A stretch of DNA of 23,953 bases. It comes from Octopus sinensis. Its lineage: Eukaryota. A model generated the notes under the pieces. That model searched no databases, had not been told where the DNA came from, and saw only the letters and a program-made list of their open reading frames with translations. Position numbers and translations under genes: made by a program. Where the stretch lies: positions 1-23,953 of the forward strand of contig NW_021836427.1 in the NCBI RefSeq assembly GCF_006345805.1, read 5' to 3'. Positions 10,590 to 20,803 of this stretch are shown here, in pieces; the stretch's first letter is position 1, and each line of letters starts with the position of its first letter.

Positions 10590-10800
10590 TGTGATCTCTT
10601 GAGCACCACCAGCTCAAATATTTTTTCCTCTGTCTTCCCTTCTTGGGATCTTTCCTTCTCCTTGTTTCCGACGAAGAGCTCCGCTCGAAACGTTAAACCC
10701 TCCTTCCTTCTTTCCTGAGCGTCAAATAATACTTTAATTGTTCCACGTCCTGCGTTGCTGTGTTTTTTTCTTTTTTCTGTGTTTTCTTGTTTGGATTAAC
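10590..10800 (+). mobile_element. Hammerhead-bearing repeat (Penelope pLTR-like or retrozyme-like); partial second copy at 11211-11390
   Basis: Shared aacgttaaaccctccttc...agcgtc.aataatact...ttgttcca.gtcct.gcgttg...tttggattaact; contains the hammerhead motif. Confidence 0.6.
10664..10698 (+). ncRNA. Putative minimal type-I hammerhead ribozyme
   Basis: gttt-CCGACGA-a-gagc(tcc)gctc-GAAA-C-GUU-aaac: stem I gttt/aaac, stem II gagc/gctc, loopless palindromic stem III; one deviation from the CUGANGA core (U4C). Confidence 0.6.
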
Positions 10801-10802
10801 TT

Positions 10803-10867
<65 letters not shown>

Positions 10868-11235
10868 ATATATATAATATATATATATATACAAATATAT
10901 GACGGTCTTCTTTCAGTTTCCATCTACCAAATTCACTCACAAGACTTTGGTCGGCCCGAAGCTGTAGTAGAAGACGCTTACCCAAGGTGTCACGCAGTGG
11001 GACTGAACCCGGAACCATGTGATTCGTAAGCAAGCTATTTACCACACAACCACTCCTACGCATGGAAATATATAGAAAGGACAAGGATATGCTCTCTCTT
11101 CATCGATTATCAACCGAAAAATCATCACAATAATGCCTTGTCGATAATATTGCTCACTTTGCTGGCAAGAACAGCAAAACGCTGCTGAGTATAAATGAGT
11201 GAACAGGAAGAACGTTAAACCCTCCTTCTTTCCTT

Positions 11236-11308
11236 TCCTTCCTTCCTTCCTTCCTTCCTTCCTTCCTTCCTTCCTTCCTTCCTTCCTTCCTTCCTTCCTT
11301 CCTTCCTT
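11236..11308. repeat. (TTCC)n expansion inside the second copy of the hammerhead repeat
   Basis: Direct. Confidence 0.95.
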
Positions 11309-11429
11309 GCTCAGCGTCCAATAATACTATATTTGTTCCAGTCCTCGCGTTGTTGTGTTTTCTCTTTGTGTTTTCATGTTTGGATTAACTATATATATAT
11401 ATATATCTTCTATCTTTTATCTTTTATCT

Positions 11430-11823
11430 TTAACTTGTTTCAGTCATTTGACTGCGGCCATGCTGGAGCACCGCCTTTAGTCGAGCAAATCGACCCCGGG
11501 ACTTATTCTTTTTGTAAGCCCAGTACTTATTCTATCGGTCTTTTTTGCTGAACCGCTAAGTGACGGGGACGTAAACACGCCAGCATCGGTTGTCAAGCAA
11601 TGCTAAGGGTACAAACACAGGCACACAAACACATACACATACATACATATACATATATATACGACAGGCTTCTTTCAGTTTCTGTCTACCAAATCCACTC
11701 ACAAGGCATTAGTCGGCCCGGGGCTATAGCAGAAGACACTTGCCCAAGATGCCACGCAGTGGGACTGAACCCGGAGCCATGTGGTTGGTTAGCAAGCTAC
11801 TTACCACACAGCCACTCCTGCGC
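11430..11823 (-). mobile_element. Full-length young SINE family B
   Basis: Complete from tail to head, ending cagccactcctgcgcct. Confidence 0.9.
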
Positions 11824-11922
11824 CTACACATATATGGCCTCTTGAGTCATCTGACACCTTGTCAGTGGAATTTAAGTAGGAGAAATCTTTGCAGAAAAAA
11901 AGGAAACCCGTTATATATATAT

Positions 11923-11996
<74 letters not shown>

Positions 11997-12011
11997 TATA
12001 TATATATATAT

Positions 12012-12263
12012 CACCGTGATTGACCAGGCTATCAGATGTTGCTACACATCGCTGGTCACAATGCGCTTCGCATTGTTTTAGCCTTCAAAGGACGCCACCC
12101 CACTGGCTAAGCGAGCAGGCCGACAGAAGAAAGAGAGAAAGTTGTGACGAAAGAGTACAGCAGGGATTGCCACCACCCCCTGCCGGAGCCTCGTGGAGCT
12201 TGTAGGTGTTTTAGCTCAATAAACACACACAATGCCCGGTCTGGGAATCGAAACCGCGACCCT
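12012..12263 (-). mobile_element. SINE family C, 5'-truncated, flanked by (TA)n
   Basis: Matches 521-783. Confidence 0.85.
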
Positions 12264-12429
12264 ATATATATATATATATATATATATGATTGAACGGAGA
12301 TGTATGTAGTGATGAAGCAAATTTTTTAAGTTAGCCTTTGCACCTCTGACTGCACATCTATGACCTGTTTTTGGTCCATCAGCGGAACATCAGAGGCGCA
12401 TTCTTCTGTGTCTATATTTATGTTGCTTA

Positions 12430-12644
12430 TATTTCATCTTTAACTTATTTCAGTCATTTGACTGCTGCCATGCTGGGATATCGTCCTGAATGGTTTTAGT
12501 CGTATAAATTGACCCCAAGATTTATATCTTTAAAACCTAGTACTTACTCTATCGATCTCTTTGCCGAACCGCTAGTTACGAGGATATAAACACACAAATA
12601 CCGGTTGACAAGTAATGGTGGGGGACAAACACAGACACAAAGAT

Positions 12645-12676
<32 letters not shown>

Positions 12677-12921
12677 GCACACACACACATATATGTGAGT
12701 CTCTGTGTTTGTCCACCACCACTACTTGACCACCGGTGTTGGTGTGTTTATATCCTATATATATATATGACAGGCTTCTTTCAGTTTCCGTCTACCAAAT
12801 GTCCTCGCATGGCTTTTGTCGACCTGAGGCTACAGAAGAAGACACTTACCCAAGGTGACACGCAGTGGAACTGAACCCGGAACAATGTTGTTGGGAAGTA
12901 AGCTTCTTACCACACAGCCAC
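12430..12921 (-). mobile_element. SINE family B
   Basis: Tail ttatttcagtcatttgactgc..., central (CA)n, head ...cttcttaccacacagccac. Confidence 0.8.
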
Positions 12922-13150
12922 GAAGAACCCCGAGAACCATAAATAAATCAGGCAGCCTTCGACTTTTTAAAGCTAATATTTAAACTTTATTATTTATAAC
13001 TTTATCTTCTTGGAGTTTTACTATTAAAAACAATTCTAAGTTCTTATAATGTAAACAATGTACAATTACCCCTGATAAGAACAAAGTTTTTAAAATAGAG
13101 AAAGAATTTCACAGAGTTTGTTTGATCCAGTGGAAGAACATCTATCATGT

Positions 13151-13201
13151 TTACAGAATATGTGGGTTCTTGTCACACGAGCACCCATCGACATTTTCTA
13201 C
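13151..13201 (-). CDS. Weak candidate terminal coding exon (VENVDGCSCDKNPHIL*)
   Basis: Acceptor tccttttag ending at 13202; phase-0 frame with a CxC motif; short, so it may be chance. Confidence 0.2.
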   Translation of the reverse strand, partial: VENVDGCSCDKNPHIL

Positions 13202-13390
13202 CTAAAAGGATTTTATTAAAACCAGTGTTTACGCGTTATTATTCATAGCTTCATCTATTTCGAGTTCCACCATTAAAAACAATATATTTCGTTTATTTAT
13301 TTTCAAACTGAGTTCTGTAGACATGACATTCCATTCCAAACGAATTAGTTCGACGATAGTATAACTCTTGATGTTTGCTTAGTATTAAAC

Positions 13391-13777
13391 ACTAGCAGTA
13401 TCGCCCGGTGTTGCTCAGGTTTGTAAGGGAAATAACTATAAAGCATTTTTAGAGAGTTATAGCCAAAAAATAGCAAAAAAATGGAAAAAAATGATGGTAA
13501 ATTTTTTATCTTAAATTAAAAAAGGTGGAGTTGCGTCCCCTAGACAGTTTGTGGTTTGTGTTTATGATTCTCGACCCCATGTCGAATTTATCGATTTTTT
13601 TCAGAACTAGGGGAACTTTTCAAAATTTTCGCTGCGTTAGTTTTGAATTATGACATTGGGCTATGTGTGTGTCAAGTTTCATCAGAATCGGTTGAAAGCC
13701 GTGGTCAGGGTGAGGGTACAAGCAAACAGACACACAGAAGCACGCACAGACAAACTGCCGTTTATATATAGAGAGAT
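13391..13777 (+). mobile_element. Non-autonomous Helitron/Helentron-type element (Lep1/HINE-like)
   Basis: Starts actagc...cgcccgg.gttgctc; contains caagtttcatcagaatcggttgaaagccgt and acag/acac repeats; ends tttatatatagagagat. This layout is recalled from Lep1-type elements. Confidence 0.55.
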
Positions 13778-14258
13778 GTCAGTAGACGCACCAACAAACT
13801 AGTCACTCGAGTAATGATCTTCCTAAATTACACGGCTGCGAATTAAGTAATTAACGCAGATGACGAGACCAAACAACGCGGAAAGAGTTCAACTGTTTAA
13901 CTGCTTCTAAGTGTTTTCCTTGTTTGAGCTGTAAATTCGTCACTTGACAACACATTACCCAGTCATTGCCACACGCAAAACATATCTCAGAATATTATTT
14001 AACGACTTACTAGTATTTCCTTGTTTGGTTTGCATAGTTTGTCACATTATTTATTACACATCATTCACCGCCAACACATATCTCCACCCTCTCTCTTTCC
14101 TTCACACAATGCATATATATATATATAATTAATAGCACAAGACAAATTCAAATACAAAAATAGCAATATAAGTCCAAGGGTGTGTACCGTCAATATTATT
14201 CGGATGATATATCATGGTACATTCGTTTGCGGTGTCTATAACAAAAATGTATATTTAA

Positions 14259-14659
14259 GGCGGCGAGCTGGCAGAAACGTTAGCGCGTCGGGCGAAATAC
14301 TTAGCGGTATTTCGACTGCCGTTACGTTGTGAGTTCAAATTCCGGCGAGGTCGAATTTGCCTTTAATCCTTTCGGGGTCGATTAAATAAAGTACCAGTTA
14401 CGCACTGGGGTCGATGTAATCGACTTAATCCGTATGTCTGCCCTTGTTTGTCCTCTCTGTGTTTAGCCCCTTGTGTGTAGTAAAGAAAAAGGTATTTCGC
14501 CCGTCGCTATGTCCTGCGTTCAAATTCCGCTGAGGTCGACTTTGCCTTTCATTCTTTCGGGGTTAATAAATTAAGTACCAGTTGCATACTGGGTCGATCT
14601 AATCGACTGTCACCCTCCTCCAATACTTCGGGCCTTGTGCCTAGAGTAGAAAAGAATAT
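14259..14659 (+). mobile_element. Dimeric SINE family A
   Basis: Full head, then the core twice (gtcga.tttgcctt...ggggtcga/ttaataaa..aagtaccag). Confidence 0.88.
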
Positions 14660-14696
14660 TATTCAGTTGATGTTCAACCTAATAATGTTTATGCAT

Positions 14697-14737
14697 GCAT
14701 GTATGTATGTATGTATGTATGTATGTATGTATGTATG

Positions 14738-14783
<46 letters not shown>

Positions 14784-14913
14784 AGGAATACAAAAAATGG
14801 AACAAGAACGCAAAACATCCAGACAGATGATACAAAAAAGGGACAAGAAAAAACAAGGACGGGTCATTCGGAGTTTTCTTTCTTCAGTCGACTTCCAGAT
14901 TATCTTTGCAATT

Positions 14914-14952
<39 letters not shown>
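14697..14952. repeat. (GTAT)n, family D fragment (14781-14915), (GT)n
   Basis: Direct; the family D part is similar to 970-1100. Confidence 0.8.
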
Positions 14953-14955
<3 letters not shown>

Positions 14956-14974
14956 ACATATATACACACATATA

Positions 14975-15200
14975 CAAGGCAGTGAGCAAGCAGAATCGTT
15001 AGCATGCCGGAGAAAATGCTTAGCAACATTTCGTCCATCATTATATTCTGATTTCGAATTTCGCCGACATCGATTTCGTCTTTCATCCCCTTTCAAGGTC
15101 GATAAAAGAATAGAGCACCAATAGAGCACTGGGATCGATCTAATTAACTTAAACCACCCCCACAAAAATCGCTGGCCTTGTTTCCAAAATTTGAAACCGA
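14975..15200 (+). mobile_element. Degenerate SINE family A
   Basis: gcagaatcgttagcatgccggagaaaatgcttagc...ggccttgtttccaaaatttgaaacc. Confidence 0.7.
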
Positions 15201-15327
15201 TAAGTTCATATCGGTTATATAAATACTACATATACGTAAGTACATGTATAAGTACATGTATATACATGTGTGTACGTATGTAAATACATATGTGTGTACG
15301 TGTATATATATATATATATATATATAT

Positions 15328-15400
15328 AGGCGCAAGCGTGGCTGTGTGGGAAGAAGCTTACTACCCAACCGCATGGTTCTAGGCTCGTTCTCACTGCGTA
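15328..15400 (+). mobile_element. SINE family B head fragment
   Basis: ggcgcaagcgtggctgtgtgggaagaagcttactacccaaccgcatggttc. Confidence 0.7.
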
Positions 15401-15643
15401 TGTATGTATGTATGTATGTATATGTATGTATGTATGTATGTATGAATATCATATATGAATTAGCACAATGATCGTTACAGTTAAGTCATTATCAAGTATT
15501 TGATAATGATCTAAAACTTCCTACGATCGAAGTAAACAATTTAGAAACATAAAACAAATTAAATTTCTATACTTCTTTCTTGTATTGAGTGCAACATTTG
15601 AAACTAATCCACTCTGAGTGAGCCAATTTGGACAAAGAAAATG

Positions 15644-15687
<44 letters not shown>

Positions 15688-16198
15688 GAACGCACACACG
15701 TACACACACACATGCACATACACACACTAAAGCACTCACCCACGCAAGCAAGCACATACACACATAAAATATTGCCTTTCTTATATACATATGTAGTGTG
15801 TGTGTGCCTTTGAGAGAGAGAGGGGAGAGAGAGAGAGGGAGAGAGAAAGAGAGAGTGAGAAAGAGAGAGAGAAAGAAGTTTATTGAAACTGAATGCTTAT
15901 CTCACGATTCGAGTTCTGAGCCTGAAGACTGATGGTTGGTGCGAAACTCGAGATAACTTTTCAGTTATCCCAATATTTACCTGTCTTTTATTTTTCAGTC
16001 AGTAAGGTGTGACTTAGTTGTTATTTACAGCACGTCAAGTAACCTTGTAAACTGATCCCTCATTTACTTCACTCCCGACTATTTACGAGAAACTCCGTAT
16101 ATTTATTTATAAACTTGACCAATGCTGCCATTTCAATCTCGAGTAGCTGAGAGTAAGTGATCCGAAACAACGAGTCGACATTTCAGAGAAATGTGCAC

Positions 16199-16212
16199 GA
16201 TAACGACAACGG

Positions 16213-16251
<39 letters not shown>

Positions 16252-16494
16252 CGATGATAGTGAAGGAGATGATGGTGATGATATTAGTGATGATGATGAT
16301 GATGATGATCACCACGACGACGGCAACGGCTACGACGATGACAGTGATGATGATGATGATGATGATGAAGATGATGATGATGATGACGACGTTGATGATG
16401 ATGATGACGATGATAGTGAAGGAGATGATGGTGATGATATTAGTGATGATGATGATGATCACCACGACGACGGCAACGGCTACCACGATGACAG

Positions 16495-16533
<39 letters not shown>

Positions 16534-16629
16534 CGATGATAGTGAAGGAGATGATGGTGATGATATTAGTCATGATGATGATGATGATGATGATCACCAC
16601 GACGACGGCAACGGCTACGACGATGACAG

Positions 16630-16672
<43 letters not shown>

Positions 16673-16730
16673 GATGGCGATGATGATGGCGATGACGATG
16701 ATGATGACGATGAGGAGGAGGAGGAGGAGA
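16199..16730. repeat. (GAT)n-derived cryptic minisatellite with three higher-order units
   Basis: agtgaaggagatgatggtgatgatattagt at 16259, 16415 and 16541 (spacing 156 and 126 bp); ends in (GAG)n. Confidence 0.92.
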
Positions 16731-16936
16731 AGGATATGTCGTCATCTAAATATTATTTTTGGTGATTTTTTCCTGAAAGCATTTTTCTACATGTTTCATA
16801 GGATTTTAAAGATTTATTATTGTTGTTGCTGATGTTGTCATCGCCTTTGTTGTTGTTGTTGTTGATGTTTCTATTATAGCTCTTTTCTTCTATCTTCTCA
16901 CCGTTCATTGTTAGTGTTGTTGTTGTTGTTCTCCAC

Positions 16937-17179
16937 TCAACCTGCTCTCTAACTCTCCTTCTCACTCTCCTTGTTCCCCCCTCTCTCTCTCTCTCTCTGT
17001 TCCCCTCTCTCTCTTTCCCTCTCCCTGTTCCCCTCTCTCTTTCCTTCTCTCTCTCTCTCTTCCCCTCCCTCTTCCCCCTCTCTCTCTTCCCCCCTCTCTC
17101 TCTTCCCCCCTCTCTCTCTTCTCCCTCTCTCTCTCAGTTCCCCTCTCTCTTCCCCCTCTCTTCCCCCCTCTCTCTCTTT
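16937..17179. repeat. Polypyrimidine (CT-rich) tract
   Basis: Direct; explains the RE-rich and LSP-rich ORFs. Confidence 0.95.
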
Positions 17180-17290
17180 CATGCCACCGTTTTCTACCTT
17201 CACAGCATTGTTTTCGTCTTTTCATCTTTCTGTTTTATTGATAAATTCATAAATGTTATTTAATGTTTGTCACTGATGACATTTTGCAAT

Positions 17291-17292
<2 letters not shown>

Positions 17293-17343
<51 letters not shown>

Positions 17344-17442
17344 CTCACACACACACACACTCATTCACACACACACAGAGATAGTTATCGAGGCATATGC
17401 ATATATATATATGCACCCATGTGTGTATGTATATGCATGTAC

Positions 17443-17497
<55 letters not shown>

Positions 17498-17539
17498 CAT
17501 ACATACATATATACACAAACACACACATATACACACACA
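17293..17539. repeat. Compound (CA)n/(TA)n/(CATA)n microsatellites
   Basis: Direct. Confidence 0.95.
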
Positions 17540-17889
17540 AACAAACAAACAAGGTGACAGATACAAAGTCAACCAAGCATATACATGGTATTTCACTTTT
17601 CACTGCAACTGGTAAGACCATGACACGAGGACTTTGACTGCAAATAAAAGTAAAAGTCACTAAGTGACACAATTTGATACAATTGGCATGGTGTTCCATT
17701 CCGCAAGAATGAACGAAACAAATGACAGGTAATAAGCGGCGTTTGTTGATCAAATCAAACTCTTTCTTTGATCCAATCCATTAGACCCGCTGGGGGATGT
17801 GGTCGCAGTCATCCCATTTTCCCATGCTGGCATAGCCACAGGCATTTCCATAGAAATAGTCATGGACATGCAGTTGAGAAATTCGCTTC

Positions 17890-17955
17890 GTAATCACGTA
17901 GTTTCAGGTTCAGTCCCACTGCAAAGAACCTTCATCAAGTGTCTTCTACTATATC
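17890..17955 (+). mobile_element. SINE family B fragment
   Basis: ggttcagtcccactgca...caagtgtcttctactata. Confidence 0.65.
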
Positions 17956-18185
17956 TGCTGTTGTGGCTGAAGAGATACCTTCCCTTAAGTGCATGAAGTC
18001 TGAGACGGCGGAGAGGGCAGATGACCCACTGGGTCAGATAGACAACGGCCTTGAAGGTGGAACCAGCAATGTGTGTGATACGCATAGGGCACGCTCAGGT
18101 ACTCAAGGAGTATATGGTCAATCACCATGAATATACCCAGTAGTTAACTAATTATGGATAAAGTCAATAAGGAGCGCGCCCCCTA

Positions 18186-18806
18186 ATGAGGAGTCAGGCT
18201 GGGAGCGAAAATTTGGTTACTGATTCGAACTCTACCCACTTAACCGAGGAAAGCCTCAATCTGAGCCCCACCGATGCAAGCCATACTACACGCAAAAACC
18301 CTAGAACTAAATGGAATCGGGAAGAGTATAAACTAGTAATGGAAGCATACTACACGGCGGTAGTCGCATCATCAGAAGATAACACGACAAAAAGGACTTA
18401 ACAATTATGGAGACAACAACATCCAACTTCAAGGTTAAATATGGATTCCAACAAGTTAGGGAATATCCGAAGAGATATCATTAAAAATAGGAGGCTCACA
18501 GACACTGAGCTGGAAGAAATAAAAGAAAAAGTCAGCAGATCTCACCGTATAACACCAAATACAAATGAAATAGAAATAGGGACTACAGAAAACCAAGAAG
18601 AAGATGTATTTGAGGAGCCCTCTGTGGGTAATGAGATAGAAGAACCTGTAAAACAACCAGCAGCATGAAACAGTGACATGGATAGGGAGAAATATTTGGA
18701 ACTAAAAGAAGGAATACAGAGAAAATAGGAACAGGTAAAAGCACAAGACACAACAGACTGAGAGCCCCTACGAAAAATTAATGTGGATAAGAACCTGAAG
18801 GAGTTG
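18186..18806 (+). pseudogene. 5' ORF fragment of an R4/Dong-clade non-LTR retrotransposon (Myb-like N-terminus), inactivated
   Basis: RTKWNREEYKLVMEAYY...KRT*QLWRQQHP...KLGNIRRDIIKNRRLTDTELEEIKEKV matches the N-terminal pattern of R4/Dong ORFs as I recall it; stops at 18399, 18666, 18726 and 18759; probable 5' UTR from ~17960. Confidence 0.65.
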
Positions 18807-20013
18807 AAAGGTAGGGCAGTGGTGGCGAATGCTTACATCGCCTCCGTTATCATTTATCCCCTGACCGTCCTGCCTTATCCCGGTTACTGCTTGACCAGGT
18901 TGGAGCGTCTCTTATTTAAATTCTTGTAGAAGGGACGCATTCCAATTGTCAGACGGTCGGTCTGTTGACAGCTTCCTCCTAGTGGAGGATTAGGTACGCC
19001 GTGGCTCCCAGTGCGCAGACACGACCTTAGATTACGTCACATGCAATGATTTCTGGACTGTGAGTGTGTGCAGGCTCCTTTTGTGAGGCTAATCTCCTTG
19101 ATGGAGTTGCGGTCCTGGGGGAAGAAAAGACCGAGATTGGGCACCTGGCACTTAGAATGTCGTCAGGCGCTTTAAGCCCTCTACCTGTCGGACAATGGGA
19201 TCGGTGGATGTTCCACTTTAGAAATTTATAGAGGGTCAGTGGTGGCGAAGTGCGACAATGTTCTCGGGGAGACTCTGGGCGCCGACGAGAACGAACTGGC
19301 TAGGACTTTCCGGTCAGAACTATCATGGATAATTTCCAGATGTCCTTGGCCTGGCATTGCTACCGGGGTAGGGCGTTACCTGTTCGAGATAAACTCTACA
19401 GACACGGATTTGCTGTCAGACGAGCTTGCCCGAGGTGCGCGCAGAGTAACGAAACCGTTCTGCACGCCCTTGTGGGGTTATGTCGAACAGCTGCTGTCAC
19501 GCGTGGAACAGAACCGTCTGTCGACCGAGTCTATAGTGATGATCGCACCGCCGCCCTCCTTCAATCGGGCAGGCAAGTCAGTTTTCCTTTGCCTGGTGGT
19601 TGTGGCGAAAGAGGTTATTTGGTGAACGAGGCTGAAAGCATGAGGAAAGATACATTCCTCTTTGGTAAAGCTCTCATTGACTTCTTCAAGTTTCACTTGG
19701 AAAGGAAATTGAGAGTGGAGAGGGAAATGCTGTCCTCGAATGGGTTTATTGTAAGGTAGGTGAAAGTTGCGAAAATGGTAAGAGTGGATGGTACCTCTCT
19801 GAATTTAAACTTTTGAGTCGGAGAGAAGGAATTGGAGAGGGCACCTGCTCCTGGGTTTTCAGGGAAATCTCGGACAATGGGGTTCCTCGATTACCCATAG
19901 AGGCCATCCTGTATCAGGAGGGCCACCCCTCTATCTTCATTCCCGCACTTTTGTTTTCTAAACCTTTGTATGCAATGCATATGTCCTTCCTTTTTCAGTG
20001 TAAACCTTGTACA

Positions 20014-20076
<63 letters not shown>

Positions 20077-20174
20077 TTTTTTTTGTAATCATTCATTATA
20101 TGTAAACCCCTACACTTTATGTCTATCTTTGTATTATCCCTCTCATCCTTCGCCCTTGTGGCAAATAAATGAAA
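18807..20174 (+). mobile_element. 3' fragment of a Tx1/L1-clade LINE: post-RT ORF2 region with zinc knuckle, 3' UTR and tail
   Basis: KGRAVVANAYIAS...LERLLFKFL*KG...GGLG.P, then LPVRDKLYRHG...CPRC...ETVLHAL and AKEVIW*...; stops and frameshifts; aataaa at 20164-20169 followed by (TCA)n(TTA)n. Confidence 0.8.
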
Positions 20175-20186
20175 TCATCATCATCA

Positions 20187-20242
<56 letters not shown>

Positions 20243-20795
20243 GAGTGAGAGAGCAGTGCATGCCATCAAAGTGACACTGGGGTAAAATATACGAAGCCCA
20301 ATATACCCATCATGACTACCCGTCTGATAAAGGTACACCAGGCACATGCATCACAACCATATGTGCGCGACATGGTGATCTCATATCAAGATAAACAGCA
20401 CATGACCTTGCAGGTGGGGCCCAGTTAGAATTTTCTTCAGGTTGAGTAGCCCATCCCGCTCAAAAGGTCTCTGAATAAGGGTTGTTTAAGGATGTTGAAA
20501 GAACCACCATGTTTCCAGAGGTGAATTATTCAAACCCCAAAGAATCCCTCTCAACACATGGCTATGATGCTCCCCCACTACTTCTGCTCGTGATCAGAGA
20601 TGCACATATCGTCAGCCACTAAGGGACATGCTCAACTGGTTAAGGTCAAACAACTGACAAGCAAATCTGTGGCATTGAGCAGAATATTTGCTGTAGCCCA
20701 TCTTTTATACCAAGACAAAACCATGTACATGATAACACTTCCAATCAGTTAAGATCAGAAGCCATGAGAGCCACTGCCTGGTACTGGATCGGGGC
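20243..20795. mobile_element. 553-bp non-coding element embedded in (ATT)n on both sides
   Basis: Sharp boundaries between (ATT)n arrays; recalled as an abundant octopus repeat; class inferred, possibly non-autonomous R4/Dong-type. Confidence 0.6.
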
Positions 20796-20803
20796 TATTA
20801 TTA

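Larger units (their letters stand above)
10307..11061 (-). mobile_element. SINE family B interrupted by a nested repeat and (TA)n
   Basis: Tail at 10307-10530 and head at 10893-11061, with foreign sequence between. Confidence 0.8.

Noticed and set aside
4517-12205. Recurrent ORFs containing MPRSGTEPGTMWLVSKLL-like peptides
   Set aside because: Translations of family B SINE copies, not a protein family.
14259-14345. tRNA-like heads of SINE families A, B and C as tRNA genes
   Set aside because: A and B boxes are present but there is no complete cloverleaf, and each continues into a SINE body.
16949-17252. Arg/Glu-rich and Leu/Ser/Pro-rich ORFs, and the equivalents at 21362-22148
   Set aside because: Translations of CT/GA low-complexity tracts.
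19239-19759. ORFs 19239-19625 and 19325-19759 as intact genes
   Set aside because: Frameshifted pieces of the dead Tx1-like ORF2.
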